From an uncultured Acidobacteriota bacterium (lineage in GTDB: Bacteria; Acidobacteriota; Thermoanaerobaculia; Multivoradales; UBA5704), in contig CAVYRF010000002.1 in NCBI GenBank assembly GCA_963770895.1, positions 5,504,001-5,568,000 of the forward strand: DNA of 64,000 nucleotides. The letters are read 5' to 3'. Positions 10,843 through 18,420 of this stretch are shown piece after piece. Position numbers and translations under genes: made by a program. Under the pieces are notes generated by a model. It did not search any database and was not told where the DNA came from. It saw only the letters and a list, made by a program, of their open reading frames with translations. Within the stretch, counting starts at the first letter, position 1; the number at the start of each line of letters is the position of its first letter.

Positions 10843-11320
10843 ATGGACTTTGCGGAGGCGAAACAGATCCTGCAGGCCCTGGAACGGGAGCACGTTCGGT
10901 ACGTGCTCGTCGGTTCGATGGCCATGGCCGCACAGGGTATCGTGAGAGCGACCCGGGACATTGACCTCTTTGTAGCTCCGGATCACGAGAACGTGGAGCG
11001 TCTCCGCCGGGCGCTCGGCAGCGTCTTTGACGGCGACCCGAACCTCGATCAGATCACCGCCGACGACCTGGGTGGCGACTATCCGGCGATCGAGTATGTG
11101 CCACCTCACGGCGCCTACTCGCTCGACATTCTCGCTCGGCTCGGTGACGCTTTCAGCTACGATCAGATCGAGTTGGAGGTAACTGGTCGTTGACGGGACC
11201 CGCGTGCGTGTCGCGACTCCCCAGATGCCCCACCGCATGAAGCGCAATACCGTCCGTCCGCTTGACAGGGCCGATGCGGCGGCGCTCCGCGAACGCTTCA
11301 GTCTTTCCGAGGACGGTTGA
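10843..11320 (+). pseudogene. Nucleotidyltransferase (AbiEii/DUF6036-like), apparent +1 frameshift near 11180
   Basis: YVLVGSMAMAAQG..RATRDIDLF NTase motif; the C-terminal VRVATP..MKRNTVRPLDRADA motif lies in another frame ending at TGA 11320; GGGAGG RBS. Confidence 0.7.
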
Positions 11321-11556
11321 TGGGGGTACGGAAGTTCCGGTCGGTCGCCGACATGCCCGGACCGGCTCCACGGGCGCCATTGGACCCCGAAAACCTGCGG
11401 ATCGGCGTGGGGCTCATGGATCTCGCCTGCCGGCTGAGCGGCTTCCGCCACACTCCCGGCGTGCGCAGGTTCCGCTCCATCGAGGAGGCGAACGCCCATC
11501 GCCGCCGCTGGGAGGAGGACGAGACGCGGCGCCTCCACGGTAGACCCCGGGTTTGA
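11320..11556 (+). CDS. Small hypothetical protein, putative antitoxin-like partner of the NTase
   Basis: TGATG overlap with the NTase stop; internally repeated motif VRKFRSVADM / VRRFRSIEEA. Confidence 0.65.
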   Translation: MGVRKFRSVADMPGPAPRAPLDPENLRIGVGLMDLACRLSGFRHTPGVRRFRSIEEANAHRRRWEEDETRRLHGRPRV

Positions 11557-11838
11557 CCGTCGAAGGAGTCGCGTTGGCCTTGGACGCTACCTCGTGTCGA
11601 ACTGTGTTGCTGCTGGACTTTGCTGCCTCGTGGCCAATGCGCCGGTTCCGCAGAACTTCTTGACGAGGCGCGCTTGGGAGCTTGCTTGGCCACCTCACTT
11701 CTTATTCTCCCGCGCTTCGCCAGCCCTGATGTTGCCGCGAGACACGCACCGGCGGCCACGGGCGTTTCCACCTGGGCCCACTCACGCCGAGCTGAAGCGG
11801 CGCCGGCGTGAGCGGGGGAGGAGAACGCTAGAGGATCC

Positions 11839-12042
11839 TCAACAGGTACCGGTCAGAACGCATTCGACGACACCGGTGGGATCGCCGGTGCCACCACCAC
11901 CACCCGTGTTTCCACAGGCCCCGGAGCAACCGTTCTGGCAAGGCACTGCGGTATTACAGGCCATTCCAGGTGAGCTGGCGCATGCCGTCAATGGGGTTGA
12001 AGCCGGTTGAGCTTTGCCTCCAACCACGCGGTCCAGATTCAT
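11839..12042 (-). CDS. Cys/Thr/Ser-rich small peptide with double-glycine motif (RiPP precursor-like, possibly 5'-truncated)
   Basis: MNLDRVVGG followed by a core with 7 Cys and 12 Ser/Thr; composition unlike the shadow ORFs of this GC-rich window. Confidence 0.55.
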   Translation of the reverse strand: MNLDRVVGGKAQPASTPLTACASSPGMACNTAVPCQNGCSGACGNTGGGGGTGDPTGVVECVLTGTC

Positions 12043-12260
12043 CACACTGCGCCCCGCCACGGTGGTGGGGCCCCCCGAGCGGCGCGAGAGGCACCGGTCG
12101 CCCGCCCGCGGCCTGCGGCCAGGCGTCGACGATTTTGCGCTGGCTCGGGCCGGAACGACGGTATAGCCTTAGAGCAACCCTTGGCACTCGGCTGGGGCGG
12201 CGGCGCCGGCCTCATGTCCTTGTTGCTGCCCTGCATTGCCTGGCCAGAAGATAGGCACCT

Positions 12261-14231
12261 ATGGGAAAAACCGCAGCAGAGGCTGATTTCGCTCTTGCGG
12301 CACGAAGGGTCGCCAACGCGCTTCAAAACGAGCAGCCCGTTGTCTTTTTCGGCGCCGGGGTGTCACGCGCGTCAGGACTCCCCATGGCGGCCGACCTCAA
12401 GAACTTCGTGCTGCGGGCGCTCTGCCCTGTAGCGGCCGATCGAAAAGTCATAGCTGAGGCGCAGCTGCCGTTCGAGGCGTTTATCGAGAGCATCGCTGCA
12501 CATGTGGACATTGGCGGACTCATCTGCGTGTATGAGCTTGGCGAGCCGGACGCTGCGCATATGTTCATGGCAAGACTCGCGCGCGCCGGCCTGGTCAAGC
12601 TGTTTGTGACCACCAACTTCGATCGGCTCCTTGAAGATGCGTTACTTGACCAGAAAGTCAGATTTGCCGTGCATGCCACGGACCGCCAGCTCGCCTCAGC
12701 GAGCGGTGCCGCTCGGACTGTGGCTGTTCTCAAGTTGCACGGGAGCATCGAGAACAAGCCCAGCATTCGGGCGACGCTCAGGTCAGTGGCAAGCAGGGAG
12801 TGGTCAGTCGGCAGAGAACGAGCAATCCACCATGCCCTTCAGCGTCGCGTGCCGGTCATCGTAATGGGCTATAGCGCTTCTGACGCGTTCGATATCACGC
12901 CAATAATCAAGGGCGCTGGCAGATCAGCCACAGTTCTCTACATAGACCACGCAGACGGCCGGCTACCGCGTGGTACGCGACTGAGCGAGCTCCCGCGGAC
13001 GAATCCCTTCCGCGACTTCGCCGGAGTACGAATCCACGGCGACACGGACCAGCTGGTTCGCGAAGTCTGGCGACGGCTGCGGCCCACCCTGGGAGAGGAG
13101 CGCAGGTCGACGTGTGCCGCCAACTGGAGGCAGCATGTGGAGCGATGGCTTGCGGACATGCCGGTTGGAATTCGTAACTTGATTGTCGCGACGCTGCTCT
13201 TCCAGATATCGCAATCTCGTAAGAGTCTTCGTTACAGCCAGGCTGCGCTGGAGTCCCTTCCTCGCCCGCAGTCCGTGGCCCGTGCGTCCTGCTGGACGCT
13301 GAGGGCTCAGGCGTACCACACGCTCGGCGACTTCGAGGAGAGTATCAGGTGTTGCCGTGCCGCATTGAGAATGATCAAGAGCTCCGATCATCAAGCCCGT
13401 GCATCGGTGCACGAAAAGTTAGGTGGGGCTGCGCACAGTCTTGGAAGGTATGCGCTTGCGCGCTCTCAGTACGAGCACGCCTTACACCTGGCGAAAGGCG
13501 ACCGTCGTCGTCAGTCACTGTGCTATTCCGGGTTGGGTAGCATCGGATACCGTCTTCAGGACTTTGGATCAGCGATCGTGAACTATCGCAAAGCAACTAG
13601 ACTGGCACGGCGGATCGGTTTCAAGGTCGGTGAGGCAGCCTACCTGATCAACCTCGCGAATGTCGCCGCCGCTCAGCACTCCTATGAGGAGGCACGCCGG
13701 GCGTATGTGCAGGCCAGCGAGGTGGCTACACAAGTGGCTTACGCCGCGGGCGAAATCACCGCTCGGGTCGCATTGGCCGACCTTGATTTGGCTGTCGGGA
13801 AGTACGGTGACGCGTGGGATTCTTACAACGCCGCGCTCTCGCGTGCACGGGAGCTACGATATGTCGTCCGCGTAGTGAATTGCCTGATCGGCTTGGGGAG
13901 AGTCAGCATTGCCCGGCAGCGTTCTTTCGAAGCACTCAGATATCTCCGGCGGGCTCGTGCGATCGCGAGACGACATGCGAAGCGCGCCGAAGAGGCAGAG
14001 GCATGCGAGGGGCTCGGTGACACCCACTTCGCTGCTCAGCGGCCGAGATTCGCAATACAGTACTACTTGGATGCCGCGGCAATCTACAGACAGACGCGGC
14101 AATATAGAACTCTGGTCGCAGTGCTCTCGAGGGTGGCGATGTGCTACGAACTCTTGGGAGATGGGCGTAGGCGTGGCGCCGTTGCTCGGCAGATGAAGTC
14201 GTTGCAGCGAAGGCTTGGCGCTGCGCTATAG
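12261..14231 (+). CDS. SIR2-like domain + TPR repeat protein
   Basis: FFGAGVSRASGLP, VTTNFDRLLE, LKLHGS, MGYSASD sirtuin-like motifs; C-terminal TPRs (..LG.A.HSLGRY..A...YE.AL); less GC-biased codons. Confidence 0.85.
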   Translation: MGKTAAEADFALAARRVANALQNEQPVVFFGAGVSRASGLPMAADLKNFVLRALCPVAADRKVIAEAQLPFEAFIESIAAHVDIGGLICVYELGEPDAAHMFMARLARAGLVKLFVTTNFDRLLEDALLDQKVRFAVHATDRQLASASGAARTVAVLKLHGSIENKPSIRATLRSVASREWSVGRERAIHHALQRRVPVIVMGYSASDAFDITPIIKGAGRSATVLYIDHADGRLPRGTRLSELPRTNPFRDFAGVRIHGDTDQLVREVWRRLRPTLGEERRSTCAANWRQHVERWLADMPVGIRNLIVATLLFQISQSRKSLRYSQAALESLPRPQSVARASCWTLRAQAYHTLGDFEESIRCCRAALRMIKSSDHQARASVHEKLGGAAHSLGRYALARSQYEHALHLAKGDRRRQSLCYSGLGSIGYRLQDFGSAIVNYRKATRLARRIGFKVGEAAYLINLANVAAAQHSYEEARRAYVQASEVATQVAYAAGEITARVALADLDLAVGKYGDAWDSYNAALSRARELRYVVRVVNCLIGLGRVSIARQRSFEALRYLRRARAIARRHAKRAEEAEACEGLGDTHFAAQRPRFAIQYYLDAAAIYRQTRQYRTLVAVLSRVAMCYELLGDGRRRGAVARQMKSLQRRLGAAL

Positions 14232-14432
14232 ATCACAGGCCACGCGCTCGCGATCGCACAAGCGAGGTCGAATGTAGGCCGGAACGCGATTGGGAGAGTC
14301 ATTGGCGGTTCGCCAGCTGCTGCCGGCCAGGCAGGGGCTCGGATTGACCGATATCCCGAGGGACGAACCCTGACGCACGGAGAGGTCAAGCGGCGCTTTA
14401 CCTCGGCGTGACCGTGCCGGGGCCCGGCTTAG

Positions 14433-15935
14433 CTCTACTTTGTCAGATTCGTCGACGAGGTGGAGGCCCTGGATTGTTGCTGTCGGCGAGAGGCAGAGTC
14501 GATAGCGGCTTGACGTTGGCGGTGCCGGTTCTGCACCTGACGGATCGACTCCTCGATGTCGAGGTCCCGCCGGGGTAAGAGCCGAACGAGAAGATGCTTC
14601 ACGTCGGCAGCACTCAGGAGAGGAAGAGCCTCGCTCTGCAAGTGCTTCTCTTTCAGAATGAAAAGCAGCGCCATCATGACGAGGGCCATGTGGTGATACC
14701 AAGCTTGCCAGCTTCGCGCCTGGTATTCGTCCATGCCGGCCTCGTTCTTGGCTTCCTGGAAGGTACGTTCGACCCAGTAGCGCTGCCGCTGCATATAGGC
14801 CAACCGTTGCAAAGAGGTCTGCTCGACGGCATTGCTGAAGCTGTACTTGGTGGTGTCGGGCGCACCGATCTCGCGCGTCACGATCAACTGCCAACAGCGG
14901 GCTTGTGTCTCCGTGGCTTCGCGCACCCAGACGCGGCAACGCAGGGCTTGAACATGAAGCTCCCCTTGGGTCCCGCGCCGGACCCATACTTCTTGCCACG
15001 CTGCGGCCGGTTGGCGAGCAACCCATTCGTCCACGCGCACGTCTTCAGCGCGAGACTCCGGTGTCGCCCGACGTCGTTTGGCCCGACGCGGGTTGTCGAG
15101 AAAGACTCGTTGGTCTCGGTGAACATCGATGACAAACGTCTCATCGGCGTCGTCGAGGGCGCGCAGAAGAGCGCGATCCTGACCATACGTCCCATCCGCC
15201 GCTACCCAGGCAAAGTGCACTCCGTTGCGTCGTGCTCGTCGAACAAGATCCAGAGCCAACGCTGGCTTCGTCTTCATCACTCGGCGCTCAACCGGCACAC
15301 CCGCCGCGGCACATCGCGTTGGATCCTCGACCCACTCCCGCGGCAGGTACAGTTCGGCATCGATCAGGCTGACCCGCTTGCCTCGCGCCAATGCGGCGAA
15401 GACCGCCACCTGGCAGTTATCCGTCTTGCCCTGCAAGCCGAACCACTGCCGAGCTACGCCCACCGACCGAACGCCTTTCTTCGCAAAGCAGGTCTCGTCC
15501 AGCAGCAGGCAGGTGTCCTGATCACCGCCCAACAGCCCGCCGACCTCCTTCGCCACTTGATCCATGACGGCTCTCGCATCCCAAGGCGAGTGAGCGAGAA
15601 AGTGGTGCAGTGCCTGAGCCTCGGTGCCGGGCACCACCTCGGCCATCCGCTGGACGTTGCGCTTTGCGGCCTGCAACAAACCGCTCAGATACGCCCGTGC
15701 TTGCAAGTTCACGTCTCGGGTCCGCAGGCGGAAAAGAAGCGCAAATCCCTGCTGAAAGGCCAGGAATCGCGCTCCCAGCTCTTGCAGGGGAGCTGGGGCA
15801 TGGCGTCTCTCCTTCCGACTATGGTCCTTTGAGGGGAGGAAGCATCTGGTCTCGGCGAGAAATCATACTTTCTAGCCCAATTCTACGAGCTAACTGCCTT
15901 GGAATCAACTGCTTCCGAAGTCTGACAAAGTAGAG
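14433..15935 (-). mobile_element. IS701-family element, copy 1 (intact)
   Basis: Perfect 15-bp IRs CTCTACTTTGTCAGA (14433) and TCTGACAAAGTAGAG (ending 15935). Confidence 0.92.
14435..15712 (-). CDS. IS701 family transposase
   Basis: LLLDETCFAKKG..SVGVARQW.G..GKTDNCQ, ADGTYG, RYWVERTFQEAKNEAGMDEYQARSW; start codon uncertain. Confidence 0.93.
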   Translation of the reverse strand: MNLQARAYLSGLLQAAKRNVQRMAEVVPGTEAQALHHFLAHSPWDARAVMDQVAKEVGGLLGGDQDTCLLLDETCFAKKGVRSVGVARQWFGLQGKTDNCQVAVFAALARGKRVSLIDAELYLPREWVEDPTRCAAAGVPVERRVMKTKPALALDLVRRARRNGVHFAWVAADGTYGQDRALLRALDDADETFVIDVHRDQRVFLDNPRRAKRRRATPESRAEDVRVDEWVARQPAAAWQEVWVRRGTQGELHVQALRCRVWVREATETQARCWQLIVTREIGAPDTTKYSFSNAVEQTSLQRLAYMQRQRYWVERTFQEAKNEAGMDEYQARSWQAWYHHMALVMMALLFILKEKHLQSEALPLLSAADVKHLLVRLLPRRDLDIEESIRQVQNRHRQRQAAIDSASRRQQQSRASTSSTNLTK

Positions 15936-16088
15936 TCAACCAGCTGTGCCGGGGCGCTGACCGAGCGGCTGGACTTCCAGGAGGCTTCGGGCCGGCCGCG
16001 GCGGCACTTCGCGTAGAGTTTTTGCATTGGCCCTCCGGCGCAGATGATCCTGATCCCAAGCCAAGCGAGCCGTCGCCAGACCGGCTTG

Positions 16089-16117
16089 TTGACGCGCTGC
16101 GCTTAACTCGCTAAACT
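16089..16117 (+). promoter_or_regulatory. Sigma70-type promoter
   Basis: TTGACG (16089-16094), 17-bp spacer, TAAACT (16112-16117), followed by AAGGAAAGGA/GGAG RBS and ATG 16147. Confidence 0.65.
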
Positions 16118-16146
16118 ACATACCACGCTAAGGAAAGGACGGAGCA

Positions 16147-16308
16147 ATGACGGAATCTGGTAAGCGCGGCGAGCGTCGGGAGCAACCCAGCGGGGCCGCA
16201 AGCGAGAAAAAGCGCATTGACGAAAGCACGCGCACGGAAATCCGCAAGCGATTGGACGGCGACCCGACGACACACGCACCCGACCCTAAGCCCAAGCCTA
16301 ACAAGTGA
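16147..16308 (+). CDS. 53-aa charged peptide with Pro/Lys tail (MTESGKRG...APDPKPKPNK)
   Basis: Read by hand (not in the ORF track); has a promoter and RBS upstream; stop lies 3 nt before the next ATG. Confidence 0.6.
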   Translation: MTESGKRGERREQPSGAASEKKRIDESTRTEIRKRLDGDPTTHAPDPKPKPNK

Positions 16309-16311
16309 ACG

Positions 16312-17277
16312 ATGGTCGACCTACCCAAGCTCTTTGATCGCAACTTTGTCATCGGATTTTTTCTCCCGCTTGCAGTATTTTTAGCCGCTGCCGCTTGGTT
16401 CGCCGAAGCTCTTGGTGTATATCGCGGAGGGAAGGCACTTGTAATTGCAAATCCTTTTTTAAGCGGATTTCTTGTGTGGCTAGGCGCTGTTCTCCTTTTA
16501 GGCGTGAATCGCCAGATTGTGCGAGCGCTTGAAGGCTATGGCAGGTACAACCCCATTCGCCTCTGGCACGTAGTCGAAGTGCGACGCTATAAGTCCTTTC
16601 ACAAGAGGCTCGATGATCTCAATGATAGATTTTTTTGCGCCAGCGAGGAAGAGAAGGAACTGATTCGTAGCAAGCGCAGCAAGCTGCTTGCGGTTCTATC
16701 CGAGCGGTTTCCCGGCTCTTTGGAACATGTGCTGCCGACAGCATTTGGAAATGTTCTTAGGGCGTTTGAGTCATATCCGCGAATTATTTATGGGTTTGAG
16801 GGTGTCTGTGGTTGGAGTCGACTCTTGGCTGTCGTTCCGAAGGACTACCGCGACTTAATTGACAGTGCTAGAGCGCAGGTTGATTTTTGGCTGAACGCTT
16901 GGGCTCTATCCTCGTTCTTCTGTTTTGTATCAATAGGTGCAATTGCCAGCTCGCGCGCGTACCGCTTGGCGCCGTTCGCCGCTGGAGCTGCCTTGGTTTG
17001 GTGGATTTCATCTCGCTGTTCGAGGACTGCAGCCGCAGGATGGGGTGAGATGGTTAAGGCAGCCTTCGATGTCTTCTTGCCTACTCTCCGAATACAACTC
17101 GGCTATAAGGAGGAAATGACCCGGGCTGAGGAGCGAGAGCTCTGGGTCGGATTTAGTAACGTAATGACCTTCCGCTTACAAGAGTCACTCCCAGAGGCGC
17201 AGAAATCTCACGAGAAGAAGCCTATTCTGATAGAAAGACTATGGACTTGGCTTAACTCTACTTTGTCAGATTCATAG
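16312..17277 (+). CDS. Uncharacterised multi-pass membrane protein (low GC); last codons supplied by IS701 copy 2
   Basis: About 4 hydrophobic helices; conserved-looking LPTAFGNVLRAFESYP..YG..W.RL and GEMVKAAFD..LG..EERELW motifs; AT-rich codon usage. Confidence 0.75.
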   Translation: MVDLPKLFDRNFVIGFFLPLAVFLAAAAWFAEALGVYRGGKALVIANPFLSGFLVWLGAVLLLGVNRQIVRALEGYGRYNPIRLWHVVEVRRYKSFHKRLDDLNDRFFCASEEEKELIRSKRSKLLAVLSERFPGSLEHVLPTAFGNVLRAFESYPRIIYGFEGVCGWSRLLAVVPKDYRDLIDSARAQVDFWLNAWALSSFFCFVSIGAIASSRAYRLAPFAAGAALVWWISSRCSRTAAAGWGEMVKAAFDVFLPTLRIQLGYKEEMTRAEERELWVGFSNVMTFRLQESLPEAQKSHEKKPILIERLWTWLNSTLSDS

Positions 17278-18420
17278 ACGCGGTGGAGGCCCTGGATTCC
17301 TGTCGGCGATGGGCAGAGTCGATGGCAGCCTGACGTTGGCGGTGCCGGTTCTGGGCTTGACGGATCGACTCTTCGATATCGAGGTCCCGTCGGGGTAGGA
17401 GTCGAGCGAGGAGCAGCTTCACGTCGGTGGCGCTGAGCAGGGGGAGTGCTTCGCTCTGCAACTGTTTTTCTTTCAGAGTGAAGAGCAGCGCCATCATGAC
17501 GAGGGCCATGTGGTGGTACCAGGCTTGCCAGCTTCGCGCCTGGTATTCGTCCATGCCGGCCGCGTTCTTGGCTTCCTGGAAGGTCCGCTCGATCCAGTAG
17601 CGCAGCCGCTGCATATAGGCCAGTCGCTGCAAAGAGGTCTTCTCGGCGGCATTGGTGAAGCTGTACTTGGTGGTATCAGGCGCCCCGATCTCGCGCGTCA
17701 CGATCACTTGCCAACAGCGGGCCTGCGTTTCCCTGGCTTCACGAACCCAGACGCGGCATCATAATTCGGCGCTCCTCCGGTACTCCCGCCGCTGCGCATC
17801 GAGCCGGATCCTCGACCCATTTCCGCGGCAGATACAGCTCCGCGTCGATCAGGCTGACCCACTTGTCTCGCGCCAGCGCGGCGAAGACTGCCACCTGGCA
17901 GTTATCCGTCCTGCCTTGCAAGCCGAACCACTGCCGAGCTACACCCACCGACCGAGTGCCCTTCTTCGCAAAGCAGGTTTCGTCGAGCAGAAGGCAGGTG
18001 TCTTGATCACGGCCGAGGAGCGCGCCGACCTCTTGTGCCACCTGGTCCATCACCGCCCGCGCATCCCACGGCGAGTGAGCCAGAAAGTGATGCAGCGCCT
18101 GAGCGTCGGTGCCAGGCACCACCTCCGCCATCCGCTGAACGTTTCGCTTCGCAGCCTGCACCAAACCGCTCAGATACGCCCGTGCTTGCAGGTTCACCTC
18201 TCGGGTCCGCAGGCGAAAAAGAAGCGCAAATCCCTGCTGAAAAGCCAGGAATCGCGCTCCCAGCTCTTGCAGGGGAGCTGGCGCATGGCGCCTCTTCTTC
18301 TGACTACGGTCCTTTGAGGGGGGAAAGCATCTGGCCTCGGCGCAAATTCATACTATCCACGCCAATCCTACGAGCTAACTACCTTGGAATCAAATGCTTC
18401 TGAAGTCTGACAAAGTAGAG
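17256..18420 (-). mobile_element. IS701-family element, copy 2, with internal deletion (transposase pseudogene)
   Basis: Same 15-bp IRs at 17256 and 18406-18420; 1165 bp versus 1503 bp for copy 1; transposase split into 17739-18197 and 17258-17707. Confidence 0.92.

Noticed and set aside
11860-11890. DPTG in the orphan GG peptide resembling the DP[DN]G cores
   Set aside because: Single 4-residue match with different Cys spacing and leader type; likely chance
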